This document shows positions 52,747 to 62,548 of a DNA stretch of 64,000 bases, in pieces (positions within the stretch are counted from its first letter, which is position 1; every line of letters begins with the position of its first letter). The DNA comes from Bacteroidales bacterium (GTDB lineage Bacteria > Bacteroidota > Bacteroidia > Bacteroidales > VadinHA17). Below the pieces are notes generated by a model that ran no database searches, was not told where the DNA came from, and saw nothing but the letters and a program-made list of their open reading frames with translations. Location of the stretch: NCBI GenBank assembly GCA_021738535.1, contig JAIPBU010000008.1, positions 24,921-88,920 of the forward strand, given 5' to 3'. A program made the translations under genes and the position numbers.

Positions 52747-53933
52747 ATGTGAAGGCAGTAGCTGATAAAAACGGATATTATGGCGAATTCGGGGGAGCTT
52801 ATATCCCTGAAATGCTTTATAATAACATCAGCGAATTAAAAAGCAGGTACCTGGATATTATTAACAGTAAAGAATTCAGGGATGAATATATGCAATTGTT
52901 AAAGGATTATGTGGGAAGGCCATCACCCCTGTATTATGCAGGAAGGTTGTCTCATCATTTTGGTACCCGGATATTTTTAAAGAGAGAGGACCTCAATCAT
53001 ACAGGCTCTCATAAAATAAATAATACCGTGGGTCAGATTATCCTTGCCTCAAAGCTTGGGAAAAAACGTATAATTGCCGAAACGGGTGCCGGCCAGCACG
53101 GGGTGGCTACAGCAACTGTATGTGCACTTAAAGGGCTTGAGTGTATTGTTTACATGGGTGCCACTGATGTTGAGCGACAGGCCAGGAATGTTACCTTAAT
53201 GGAAATGCTGGGGGCGAAAGTAGTACCGGTAGAGTCAGGTAACAAAACACTTAAGGATGCAACAAATGAGGCTCTCAGGGACTGGATCAGTAACCCGGAA
53301 AGTACTCATTATATTATTGGTTCAATAGTGGGACCGCATCCTTTCCCCGATATGGTGACACGTTTCCAGTCTGTTATATCCCTTGAAATGAAATCACAGC
53401 TAAAAGAAAAAACCGGCAGTGAAGACCCTGATTATATACTGGCATGTATAGGTGGAGGCAGTAACGCTGCGGGTGCTTTTTATCATTATGTTGAAAATGA
53501 AAATGTTAAACTAATAGGAGCTGAAGGGGGAGGAATGGGGGCAGAGACAGACCTTACATCGGCCTCTATTACTACCGGCAGGCCCGGCGTGCTTCATGCC
53601 TGTAAATCATTGCTTCTGCAAACGACAGATGGCCAGGTAATTGAGCCTTACTCAATCTCAGCCGGGTTAGATTATCCCGGGGTAGGCCCCCTTCATTCAT
53701 ACCTGCATGCCAGAGGCAGGGCCAGGTATTACAGTATAAATGATGATGATGCACTAAAAGCGGCAAAGCAGATGATTGAACTCGAAGGTATTATACCTGC
53801 ACTCGAATCTGCTCATGCACTGGCCCTGCTTGATAAAATGGATTTCAACAGCAATGATGTTGTCGTGGTAAATCTGTCAGGCAGAGGCGATAAAGATCTT
53901 GAAACCTATATAAAAAGATTTGATGATGAATAA
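52743..53933 (+). CDS. trpB: Tryptophan synthase beta chain
   Basis: GEFGGAYIPE, REDLNHTGSHKINN (PLP lysine), GAGQHGVATA, GGGSNA. ATGA overlap with trpF. Confidence 0.95.
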   Translation: MNVKAVADKNGYYGEFGGAYIPEMLYNNISELKSRYLDIINSKEFRDEYMQLLKDYVGRPSPLYYAGRLSHHFGTRIFLKREDLNHTGSHKINNTVGQIILASKLGKKRIIAETGAGQHGVATATVCALKGLECIVYMGATDVERQARNVTLMEMLGAKVVPVESGNKTLKDATNEALRDWISNPESTHYIIGSIVGPHPFPDMVTRFQSVISLEMKSQLKEKTGSEDPDYILACIGGGSNAAGAFYHYVENENVKLIGAEGGGMGAETDLTSASITTGRPGVLHACKSLLLQTTDGQVIEPYSISAGLDYPGVGPLHSYLHARGRARYYSINDDDALKAAKQMIELEGIIPALESAHALALLDKMDFNSNDVVVVNLSGRGDKDLETYIKRFDDE

Positions 53934-54702
53934 GATCATAAAACTATTTAATCAGAAGAGCCGGAATATACTCTCACTGTTCTTCACGGCAGGCTATCCC
54001 GAAGCGGATAGTACAACAGAAATCCTTGAAGCAATAGAGGAAAGCAGTGCTGATATGGTTGAAATAGGTATACCATTCTCCGACCCGGTAGCAGACGGTA
54101 AAGTTATACAGGACAGCAGTAGCAAAGCACTGTTAAACGGGATGAGCCTTGAAAAATTATTTGAACAGCTAAATGTGGTGAAAGACAGGCTGTCAAAACC
54201 TAAACTGCTGATGGGTTATTTTAACCCGGTTATGCAGTTTGGAGTGGAAAAGTTTTGTAAACGTTGCAGCGAGACAGGCGTTGACGGGGTAATAGTTCCT
54301 GACCTGCCACCTGGTGAATACCTGGCTTACAGGGGGATATTTGAAAAATATGACCTGCTGTTTATTTTCCTTGTAACACCGGGAACGTCTAAAGAAAGAC
54401 TTAAGGAAATATCAGGATATGCCAGCGGCTTTATTTATGCCGTATCATCCTACAGTACCACGGGAACTTCAGGCAGCAGCGCGCTGAAGCCTGAGGATGT
54501 TTCGGAGATTTCCGCTATCAGCGGACTGCCAGTATTGATAGGTTTCGGCGTTAAGGATAACGAAACCTTCAGGCAGGCATGCAGTATCAGCTCCGGTGCT
54601 ATAATAGGCTCTGCCTTCATCAGGAGCCTGGATAATTCTCCACATGGAATAAGACAATCAGTCTCCCTCTTCGTAAATAATATAAGAGAAGAGGGTGACT
54701 AG
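53920..54702 (+). CDS. trpA: Tryptophan synthase alpha chain
   Basis: FFTAGYP, VEIGIPFSDPVADG, GVDGVIVPDLP, GFGV. Overlaps the trpB end. The exact start (53920/53923/53926) is unresolved. Confidence 0.92.
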   Translation: MMMNKIIKLFNQKSRNILSLFFTAGYPEADSTTEILEAIEESSADMVEIGIPFSDPVADGKVIQDSSSKALLNGMSLEKLFEQLNVVKDRLSKPKLLMGYFNPVMQFGVEKFCKRCSETGVDGVIVPDLPPGEYLAYRGIFEKYDLLFIFLVTPGTSKERLKEISGYASGFIYAVSSYSTTGTSGSSALKPEDVSEISAISGLPVLIGFGVKDNETFRQACSISSGAIIGSAFIRSLDNSPHGIRQSVSLFVNNIREEGD

Positions 54703-54880
54703 GTGACTAAGCGACTAAGCGACTAAGCGGGTCAAAGCGACTAAGGGACTAAGAGACTTGTAGACATGCTATTATTAGTTGCCAAATATGCGAGACTGAG
54801 GCAATTCGGAATTATCTTCACCTTTGGTCTTTAGTCTTTAGTCTTTTGTCCTCAGCCTCTGCATCCTTTTAGTCTTTAAC
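54696..54880. repeat. Inverted arrays of short tandem repeats (GACTAAG core) flanking a ~67-nt spacer
   Basis: Left array 54696-54759: GTGACTAG GTGACTAAG CGACTAAG CGACTAAG CGGGTCAAAG CGACTAAG GGACTAAG AGACTT. Right array 54827-54880, read on the other strand: GTTAAAGAC ... TGAGGAC AAAAGAC TAAAGAC TAAAGACC. The outermost units contain the stop codons of trpA (TAG 54700-54702) and of the convergent vWA gene (TAA, complement of 54869-54871). Confidence 0.85.
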
Positions 54881-56767
54881 CTGGCCTGTGTCATACTCAA
54901 GTCCCAGTTCTTTCGCTGTTTTCACGAGTCTTATAAATTCTCCTCGGTAACCTTCAGCATCATTACCTTTTGAATTGCGTGCTATGCTTATCACGGAATC
55001 GAAACAGCTTGTTCCTTTGTGTCCGGAACTCCTGAGCAACATTCCAAATTCTACAACTGCTGCTGAGAATCTTAAATCCTGAGAGGAACCAGCGAACTTT
55101 TTGACCTTCTGCCTCACGGCTATCTCCATAAGATCACTGCTATTGCTGCCAGGTTTCTTGTACCTTAGTTTTATAGTTAATAGCTCCCTGCTCAGTGGCC
55201 CGTCAACTTTCTCTCTTTCTTCCTGGTATTTAAGAGGATCAATTGATACTGGTTCTTTATTACTGTCTGCAGGGATTAGCTCATAAAGGGCTGTTACGCT
55301 ATGGCCTGCACCTATCTCACCGGCATCTTTGGTGTCATCATTAAAATCTTCATCGTTCAGTAACCTGTTTTCATAGCCTATAAGCCTGTATGACTTTATC
55401 CTGGCCGGGTTGAACTCAATCTGGAATTTAACATCTTTTGCTATGGTAAACATAGTACTGCCAAACTCATTAACCAATGTCTTCCTGGCTTCCTGTATGT
55501 TATCAATATATGAGTAGTTCCCGTTCCCTTTATCAGCTATGATCTCCATCTTGTCATCTTTATAATTCCCCATACCAAAGCCAAGCGCCGTTATATAAAC
55601 CCCTTCATCTCGCTTTTTCTCTATTAGCCTCTCCATTTCAGCATTGCTTGAAACCCCAACGTTAAAGTCGCCGTCCGTTGCAAGAATTATCCTGTTGTTC
55701 CCTTCTTCAATGAAATTTTCAAAGGCCAGTTTGTATGCCAGCTTAAGGCCCTGTCCGCCAGCCGTGGAACCACCTGCGCTGAGCCTGTCAACAGCCTGCA
55801 GTATGTCTTTCTTCTTATCACCGGGGGTGGGTTCAAGCACTACTCCTGCAGCCCCTGCATATACTACTATGGATACCCTGTCAGATTCCCTGAGCTCATT
55901 TACCAGCATCCTGAATGCAGATTTTAACAGGGGAAGTTTATTAGGGCTGTTCATTGATCCTGAAACATCAAGAAGAAAAACAAGGTTTGACGGGGGAAGT
56001 TTGTCCTTTTCAATACTTTTACCCTTCAAACCGACATGCATCAGGTAGTGACCTTCCTGCCAGGGGCATTCTGAAACCTCTGTGTAAACTGCAAAAGGAT
56101 GTTCATTTACCGGTTCATGGTAGTCGTAGTTGAAATAGTTGATCATTTCTTCTATTCTTACTGCATCAACAGGAGGTTTCTGCCCGTGATTAATAAAGCG
56201 CCTGATGTTGGAATAGGAAGCACGGTCAACATCTATTGAAAAAGTAGATAGGGGATTGTTCATCACACTCCTGAATCCGTTTTCATGTATCGTACTGTAG
56301 CCTTCAGTATTATAATTGTAATTATACCTGCCGGGTAAATTATTGGATGCTCTGCCCGCAATCATATAAGCAGCTTCAGCTTTTTTATGAACTGCAGGTA
56401 CCCCGGGCCTTATTATGCCTGACCTGTCGCTGAGTGTTTGTTCCTGTTCTGCAATTTCAGCAGGGGACTTAACTTCTTTGTGCATTATGACATCGATGAC
56501 ATTGCGGTTTTTTATCTTTTTACTTATGGTAATATATCCCTGCAATGAGAATATGACACGGCCAGTGTTTGCATTTACCCTGATAGAATAGTAGCCGTTC
56601 ATATCTGTCAGAACAGTCTTCTTCGGATTGTCAGTGCTTACAGATACTCCTGAAAGGGGGATCCCCTTGTTGTCTTTTACTGTACCTGTAATAATTCCTG
56701 GTTCGCTGAATCCCAGCGATAAGCCGGAGATAATCAGTATTGCGATTAGTGATAATGTAGTTTTCAT
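54869..56767 (-). CDS. von Willebrand factor type A domain protein (YfbK-like) with N-terminal CarboxypepD_reg-like domain
   Basis: Signal peptide. GIITGTVKDNKGIPLSGVSVS. MIDAS motif VFLLDVSGSM, ILATDGDFNVG. Long C-terminal domain. Confidence 0.85.
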   Translation of the reverse strand: MKTTLSLIAILIISGLSLGFSEPGIITGTVKDNKGIPLSGVSVSTDNPKKTVLTDMNGYYSIRVNANTGRVIFSLQGYITISKKIKNRNVIDVIMHKEVKSPAEIAEQEQTLSDRSGIIRPGVPAVHKKAEAAYMIAGRASNNLPGRYNYNYNTEGYSTIHENGFRSVMNNPLSTFSIDVDRASYSNIRRFINHGQKPPVDAVRIEEMINYFNYDYHEPVNEHPFAVYTEVSECPWQEGHYLMHVGLKGKSIEKDKLPPSNLVFLLDVSGSMNSPNKLPLLKSAFRMLVNELRESDRVSIVVYAGAAGVVLEPTPGDKKKDILQAVDRLSAGGSTAGGQGLKLAYKLAFENFIEEGNNRIILATDGDFNVGVSSNAEMERLIEKKRDEGVYITALGFGMGNYKDDKMEIIADKGNGNYSYIDNIQEARKTLVNEFGSTMFTIAKDVKFQIEFNPARIKSYRLIGYENRLLNDEDFNDDTKDAGEIGAGHSVTALYELIPADSNKEPVSIDPLKYQEEREKVDGPLSRELLTIKLRYKKPGSNSSDLMEIAVRQKVKKFAGSSQDLRFSAAVVEFGMLLRSSGHKGTSCFDSVISIARNSKGNDAEGYRGEFIRLVKTAKELGLEYDTGQVKD

Positions 56768-56897
56768 GATTATTGATTTTTGATTTAACTTCTGTAATCA
56801 GGATGCAGCCCAAATAGAAATTCCATAAAAACTTTGATATTTTTTTACTAATATTATGATTGTTAATAGTCATAACTGGCCAAACTATTTTTTGATA

Positions 56898-57485
56898 ATG
56901 GCACCAGGCCCGGGAAAGAGAAATATTGATAAGCTTAATGATGAGGATCTGATCGGGATATATTCATCATCAGGAAATATTGATGTGCTGGGTGTCCTTT
57001 TTGAAAGATATATTGACCTTGTATACGGTGTTTGCCTGAAGTATTACAAAAACAGGGAAAGATCAAGAGACGGGGTAATGGACATATTTGAAAAACTTGT
57101 TCATACTCTCAGGGGAAACAAAGTGAATAATTTCAGGAGCTGGTTATATGTTCTTACAAAGAATCATTGCCTGATGGATCTGAGGTCAGAGGGAAGCAGG
57201 CAGCTTGTTAATATGGACGATTATGACCATCTTATTATGGAAAATGGTGAAGATTTGCATCCTATTGATAAAGAAGGAGGAATTATTGATGAAGTACTGG
57301 AATATTGCATTGAAAAGCTTAAAAAAGAACAGCAGAGCTGTGTCAGGCTGTTTTATTTTGAAAACAGGTGTTACAATGATATAGCAGAAATGCTTGGTCT
57401 TGAAGAGAAGAAAGTAAAATCGTACCTCCAGAATGCAAAAAGAAATCTTAAGATTTGTATGGAAGAGAATTATGAAAAAGGATAG
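56898..57485 (+). CDS. ECF-type RNA polymerase sigma factor
   Basis: Region 2-like LFERYIDLVYGVCLKYY...DGVMDIFEKL and WLYVLTKNHCLMDLR. Region 4 HTH YFENRCYNDIAEMLGLEEKKVKSYLQNAKRNL. The start is taken at ATG 56898; the ORF is open from 56856. Confidence 0.85.
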   Translation: MAPGPGKRNIDKLNDEDLIGIYSSSGNIDVLGVLFERYIDLVYGVCLKYYKNRERSRDGVMDIFEKLVHTLRGNKVNNFRSWLYVLTKNHCLMDLRSEGSRQLVNMDDYDHLIMENGEDLHPIDKEGGIIDEVLEYCIEKLKKEQQSCVRLFYFENRCYNDIAEMLGLEEKKVKSYLQNAKRNLKICMEENYEKG

Positions 57486-58371
57486 CAAAAATAACACTGA
57501 TTTGCGCAAAGATATTAGCAGATACCTGGGCAACAGGATGAGCTCTGAAGAGCGTAATGCTTTTGAGAAGAAGCTCCAGGCTGATCCTTTCCTGGCTGAG
57601 GCTGTTGAGGGATTTAATGAAATTGATCCCCATGACCTGGACGAAGATGTTAAATATCTGAGGAAGCGTGTTTCAGGCTATTCACGAAAGAGAAGAATTC
57701 TTATTCCGCGGGTGGCTGCAGCTATAGTGCTTTTACTTGGTATTTCATCTGTAATCCTTGTTTTAAATTTAAAAAAACCAGCTGCAGGTATTGCAGAAAA
57801 CAGGCTGAAAAATGAAGCAGGTAAAGCTGAATTACCTGTTTCAGAACCTGGAAGTATAAGGCCGGAAATTACCGGCCTTGATGCACCAGGGAAGCAGGAA
57901 CTGAAGGAGTTGCCTGAAAAAAGATCTTTTAAAGAAATTACTGCTGAATCCAAAGACAGTGTGCTGATGATGGATGAAATAATTACTGTTCAGCCGAAGT
58001 CAGCCAGGCCTGAGACCTCTGGAACAGAGCTAAAAAAAGAGCGCTTGATGATGGCCCGGGCTGCATCGGAAATTGCAACTTCAAGAAAGGCAAGGCCATC
58101 CCTGGCCAGGGAAGAGTATGAGAAATACATTAAGGAGAATGCCGTATATCCCGATATCCAGGCTGATTATGGCAGTGTAAGCGTAAAGCTCAAAGTTGCA
58201 GTAGACACCAGCGGTAAGATAGTTGACACATTCATTGTTGAAAGCCCGGACAAAGTCTTTTCAGATGAGGCTGTGCGACTTGTCACTGAAGGGCCTGCAT
58301 GGTTACCCGCCTTGAAGGAGGGATTAGCCGTAAGAGATACGGTCAGCCTGGAAATTCTTATTTCACAGTAA
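57472..58371 (+). CDS. Anti-sigma-like membrane protein with TonB C-terminal domain
   Basis: ATG 57472 overlaps the sigma gene end. N-terminal RYLGNRMSSEERNAFEKKLQADPFLAEAVEG. Single TM helix VAAAIVLLLGISSVILVL. C-terminal YEKYIKENAVYP...VSVKLKVAVDTSGKIVDTFIVESPDKVFSDEAVRLV (TonB_C-like). Confidence 0.75.
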   Translation: MKKDSKNNTDLRKDISRYLGNRMSSEERNAFEKKLQADPFLAEAVEGFNEIDPHDLDEDVKYLRKRVSGYSRKRRILIPRVAAAIVLLLGISSVILVLNLKKPAAGIAENRLKNEAGKAELPVSEPGSIRPEITGLDAPGKQELKELPEKRSFKEITAESKDSVLMMDEIITVQPKSARPETSGTELKKERLMMARAASEIATSRKARPSLAREEYEKYIKENAVYPDIQADYGSVSVKLKVAVDTSGKIVDTFIVESPDKVFSDEAVRLVTEGPAWLPALKEGLAVRDTVSLEILISQ

Positions 58372-58379
58372 GGTTAAGA

Positions 58380-58400
58380 TTAATAACAGTTCGTTATTAA
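58380..58400. terminator. Possible bidirectional terminator hairpin between convergent genes
   Basis: TTAATAAC-AGTTC-GTTATTAA perfect 8-bp AT-rich stem. It overlaps the stop codon of the minus-strand hydrolase gene. Confidence 0.35.
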
Positions 58401-59824
58401 GGGTTTATCTTTTTATAATAGTTACCGTGAACTTCATAGCTGATGATATTTCCTTCATCATCACGAATGAAGGTCAGAGTTTCTCCAGGTTCATCATTAT
58501 CTCTCACCCTGTAGAATTTATCTCCTTTAATGTGTTTGTACATTGTCAGTGAAGCAGGCGATCCTGTAGGAAGACTCATTGCAGCAAGTTTACCGTTCCA
58601 TGTTGAGATATATGTTTCTGCACCCCATGGAGCGGAGCTGTAATATCCTGTAAACTGTTTGAGTTTTGAATTGTCCTTGTTTTCTTTCTTACTGCTTACT
58701 TTCCTGAGGAGGGCAGACATTCCATTTATATACTTACGGGGGCTTGTTCCGGAAGCATTTATCATTACCACGAAAGCCATTTTTGTTTCAGGGTTAAGCA
58801 GTAGCTGCGACCTGTACCCGGGGCAACTTCCACCATGACCTACCCATCTTGAGCCTCCCGGACCTTCAGAAACACTGAATCCGAGTCCCCATTTTGTACC
58901 AAAGTCAGGATCCATCCAGTGAATATTATACATGTTTTTCAGTGTGGAGGGTTTGAGTATTTCGGGTTCGGGACTATCAAGCAGCCTGAACTGCCAGGAA
59001 GCAAATTTTCCAAGATCCGTAACGGTGCTGGAGAACCCTGCTGCCGGCTTTATGCCATTGGCCTGAAAGAGATTAACCCTGTATCTTTCACCGTTTCTTT
59101 GGGTGGCACTGTAGCCTATGGCCAGTTGCTGCCCGTAAAGATCCTCCGGTAGCTCCGTTCTTGTATTTCCTAGTCCCAGTGGATCAAGGATGTTATTATT
59201 GATGTAATCCTCATAAGGTACTCCGGATATTTCTTCAACCACTTCTCCCAGGAGGGACATAGCGAGATTGCTGTATTGAAAATATGTGGATGCGGGATAC
59301 AGGGTTTCCTGATTGCCCAGTTCCTTCCTCATCTCCTCCTGTGTGGGAAATGGAAAATCGGGACCGGTCCAGTAGGGATAATTTGCTTCCCTGGGCAGCC
59401 CGGAAGAATGAGTCAGCAGCGATCTTATTGTTACCGGGCCGCTCAGCTCATATTTTTGTTCCAGGTTGTACCATGGTAACAGATCTTCTATCCTGTCATC
59501 CAGTCTTAATTTACCTTCGTCATACAACTTCATTACGGCAGTTGAGGTGAACAGTTTTGAAATTGAACATATACTGCAGATAGTCTCTATACCTGTTTCA
59601 ACATTGTCCTCAATACTTGCATGGCCCCAGGCTCCGGTCCAGAGGACTTCCTGGTCTCTGATGATGGTGGCGCTGATGCCCGGCAGTTTTTCAAAATCTT
59701 TTTGTGCATCCAGCCACACCTCTATAAGCCTGAAAGCTTCGGTGTAGTCTTTTTTATCTTCCTGGGCGGCAGTTTTGTCTACAAATGTTATTGTAAACAA
59801 TAAGATAAGAGATAGAATTCTCAT
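58397..59824 (-). CDS. Serine hydrolase, beta-lactamase/class C family
   Basis: Signal peptide. SxxK motif CSISKLFT. YSNLAMSLLG. 475 aa. Confidence 0.85.
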   Translation of the reverse strand: MRILSLILLFTITFVDKTAAQEDKKDYTEAFRLIEVWLDAQKDFEKLPGISATIIRDQEVLWTGAWGHASIEDNVETGIETICSICSISKLFTSTAVMKLYDEGKLRLDDRIEDLLPWYNLEQKYELSGPVTIRSLLTHSSGLPREANYPYWTGPDFPFPTQEEMRKELGNQETLYPASTYFQYSNLAMSLLGEVVEEISGVPYEDYINNNILDPLGLGNTRTELPEDLYGQQLAIGYSATQRNGERYRVNLFQANGIKPAAGFSSTVTDLGKFASWQFRLLDSPEPEILKPSTLKNMYNIHWMDPDFGTKWGLGFSVSEGPGGSRWVGHGGSCPGYRSQLLLNPETKMAFVVMINASGTSPRKYINGMSALLRKVSSKKENKDNSKLKQFTGYYSSAPWGAETYISTWNGKLAAMSLPTGSPASLTMYKHIKGDKFYRVRDNDEPGETLTFIRDDEGNIISYEVHGNYYKKINP

Positions 59825-59877
59825 ATTTCCGGGTTTTAGGTTCTTGAATTTGAATTTAATATTTCATATATAAGCCA

Positions 59878-60936
59878 TTAAAAATCAATTGAAACATGCA
59901 GGTATTCTTCATATCCCGTAAGCATGTTTTCCACATCCCATTCAAAGGTTTTACCTGATCCTTTCTTTATCATGAGGGTGGTAACAGCATTGGCTGCAAT
60001 AGTAAACCCGTCTGCCACACCTTCGCTTCCGTTAATCATTTTGAAAGAGACATCGGAATCATTTGTTATTTCAACCCAGCTGTAGTTATCATTTTCATAA
60101 TATGGCTTACTTATGGAAATACTTGCCTCAAAAACCTTGCTTAAAAGGTCTTCTCTTCCTGCAAGTGTATTGTTAAAATATGCAAGGGTGCGTGAGTCAA
60201 ACATTGCTTCTTTCAGGGATTCCCGTGTTCTCTCCTTTGCAAAAACCAGTGTCATGGGCCTGGTTGTATGACCATAGTTCTCTGAAATTATACCGTGCTC
60301 ATCGCTATTGGCAATTACAGCCAGGTCATACTCTTCACACCATTCCAGGATATTGGGATAATACTCATTATAATTGAAAAATTCAATTCCGTTTATAAGA
60401 CCATTTGCAAGTAGTTTCTTGTGGATATCATATAGTTTGGGAATTCCGTCAGGTTCCTGTGCTTTCCATCCTGGGTGGTTCCAGTGAATAAAGGCTCCCT
60501 GCTTTGCTGCGTTCTCAATAGTTTTATAATCGTCCTCGTCATAAATTGTGGCTGCATCCTCAACGAAAAGTGCATTGAGGTGACCGGGAGGCATACTCCT
60601 GGTTATTTCAGTTGAATGAATCAATATCAGGTTTCTTTCAGCAGCCCGTTGAGAGGCAATTTTAAAGGCAGCATTATGATCTGCCGGGATATAGTCCTTA
60701 TGAGGAAGATATTCAAGATGATCGGTAATGGCCAGTACATCAAGGCCGTCTTTCCATGCTTCATCTACCCTGTAAGCAGGCCATACATTACCATCAGAAA
60801 AGACAGTATGTATATGAAAATCACATTTAAGTGTAACATAACCGCTTATGCCGGGGATATTAATAATCTTTTTCTGGGCTGAAACAAATGCTGCAGAAAA
60901 AAGTGTTATTGCCAGTAGTAAGAAGGTTTTTTTCAT
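59878..60936 (-). CDS. PHP-domain metal-dependent phosphoesterase, secreted
   Basis: The start at 60936 gives the signal peptide MKKTFLLLAITLFSAAFVSAQ. CDFHIHTVFSDG, LAITDH, HWNHPGW, NSDEH. Confidence 0.8.
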   Translation of the reverse strand: MKKTFLLLAITLFSAAFVSAQKKIINIPGISGYVTLKCDFHIHTVFSDGNVWPAYRVDEAWKDGLDVLAITDHLEYLPHKDYIPADHNAAFKIASQRAAERNLILIHSTEITRSMPPGHLNALFVEDAATIYDEDDYKTIENAAKQGAFIHWNHPGWKAQEPDGIPKLYDIHKKLLANGLINGIEFFNYNEYYPNILEWCEEYDLAVIANSDEHGIISENYGHTTRPMTLVFAKERTRESLKEAMFDSRTLAYFNNTLAGREDLLSKVFEASISISKPYYENDNYSWVEITNDSDVSFKMINGSEGVADGFTIAANAVTTLMIKKGSGKTFEWDVENMLTGYEEYLHVSIDF

Positions 60937-61041
60937 GTTGATGTAAATCTTTTGCATAATTATCAAATATAGTTAAGCGTTTTTAATATCTGTTTAAAAG
61001 CCAGTTAAAAAATAGTTAAACCTACTATCAAATAGCCGGCT

Positions 61042-62469
61042 TTATTCCACCGTGTTAGACTGCCCTTTAAGCAGGTATTTATCATACAGAAGAAGGAAAA
61101 TACTGGCAGCAACGGCAATACCCGAAAAGAGGATCCATATATTGGAAGGATTGTAATTATCCCACAGGTACTGTGTCAGTTGCTTACCGTTCATCCCGAA
61201 TAATTCCTGTGCCCTCTCAAAGTATTGTGTCTGGCTGAAAGTATCGGATATAGGTTGTATGCTTAATCCTTTTTCTTCGACAGCCTTACTCAACAGGTAA
61301 TATTTGTCGGCGAGGACCTCAAAAGGCTTGCCTGAAACCCAACCGGCCAGGAAGTGCCCAATGGCAATGGCTACGAATACGGTTCCCATATACAGGGCTT
61401 TCTTATCCGGTGGAGCTATTCTCCCAACATACTCATTGAACTTAGGTGATGAGCTCATTTCTCCAATAGCAAAAATAAGTACACCTATGAGCATTACCCA
61501 GGGATTGCGGGTAAGGAACATAAACAAAAGACCCAGCCCAAGTATCATTATACCTGTCATCATCGATTTGAGTGGTCTGAAGCGCATGCTTATTGAGGAA
61601 ACCCACATCTGCAGCAGGATAATAAAAAAGGCATTCATGCTTGTTACTGTTGGGGCTGTAATCGTACCCTCGGCCAATCCCAGGACAGCACTTATCCTGT
61701 CCATGTCAACCCAGTGCTCCAGGAATATCGGGAAAGAATAATAAAGCTGGTTGAATGCAGTCCAGAAAAGTCCCATAATAAAAATGAAAAGCATATATTT
61801 CCAGTTGCTGAGAGCAATCCATATGTTTCTGAAAGCAATACCAACATTTTGCAGGAATGTTTCATCAGATGGTTCTCTTTCAGGTTCCCTGAAGAAGAAA
61901 AATACAAAAATATAGTTAATGGCAATTGTGATTACAGACATCAGGAAAACCAGGTTCCAGTCAATTTTGTAGAGGAAACCGGCAATAAACGGACCTATAA
62001 AACCACCCACATTGACCATAACATAGAATATCCCGAAACCTACGGAAGCTGTCTCTCCGGTTGTGGTTTTTGCTATCATTCCCTGTATAATAGGCTTGAA
62101 AAGGGCGCCGGCAACAGCCAGCAAAATATATGAAGTAAATACAAGTCCGTACGAATCAAAAGTGCCTACCATGAAATAACCGGCAACATATGTAGTAAAG
62201 GATAGTATAAGGACTTTTTTGTATCCGACCCTGTCGGCAATAGCCCCGGTAATAATTGGAAGAAAATAAAGAAGCATTGAACCTGTTCCAATTATTGCTC
62301 CTTTTTGTAACTGGGTAAACCCCAGTGCACCCGTGTCTTTTGAAAGGGTAAGGTAGAGGGCGAAGGCATTATAGAACCCGTACCAGGCCCACCTCTCAAA
62401 TAATTCCATAATGTTTGAAACCCAGAATACACGGGGAAATTTTTTCATTACCTGTCCTAGCTTACTCAT
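61042..62469 (-). CDS. Proton-dependent oligopeptide transporter (POT/PTR2 family, MFS)
   Basis: PTR2 signature-like MELFERWAWYGFYNAFALYL, GAIADRVGYKK. About 12-14 hydrophobic segments. Confidence 0.85.
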   Translation of the reverse strand: MSKLGQVMKKFPRVFWVSNIMELFERWAWYGFYNAFALYLTLSKDTGALGFTQLQKGAIIGTGSMLLYFLPIITGAIADRVGYKKVLILSFTTYVAGYFMVGTFDSYGLVFTSYILLAVAGALFKPIIQGMIAKTTTGETASVGFGIFYVMVNVGGFIGPFIAGFLYKIDWNLVFLMSVITIAINYIFVFFFFREPEREPSDETFLQNVGIAFRNIWIALSNWKYMLFIFIMGLFWTAFNQLYYSFPIFLEHWVDMDRISAVLGLAEGTITAPTVTSMNAFFIILLQMWVSSISMRFRPLKSMMTGIMILGLGLLFMFLTRNPWVMLIGVLIFAIGEMSSSPKFNEYVGRIAPPDKKALYMGTVFVAIAIGHFLAGWVSGKPFEVLADKYYLLSKAVEEKGLSIQPISDTFSQTQYFERAQELFGMNGKQLTQYLWDNYNPSNIWILFSGIAVAASIFLLLYDKYLLKGQSNTVE

Positions 62470-62548
62470 AGCTCATCGTTTTTTTAAGAAGCTGTAAATA
62501 TAATGAAAGTTGAATAAGTTAGAATACCTCTTCGCTCTTCACTCTTCC

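Noticed and set aside
54765-54833. 22-codon ORF (MLLLVAKYARLRQFGIIFTFGL) in the spacer between the inverted repeat arrays
   Set aside because: It has no supporting features and terminates inside the repeat array. It is most likely fortuitous.
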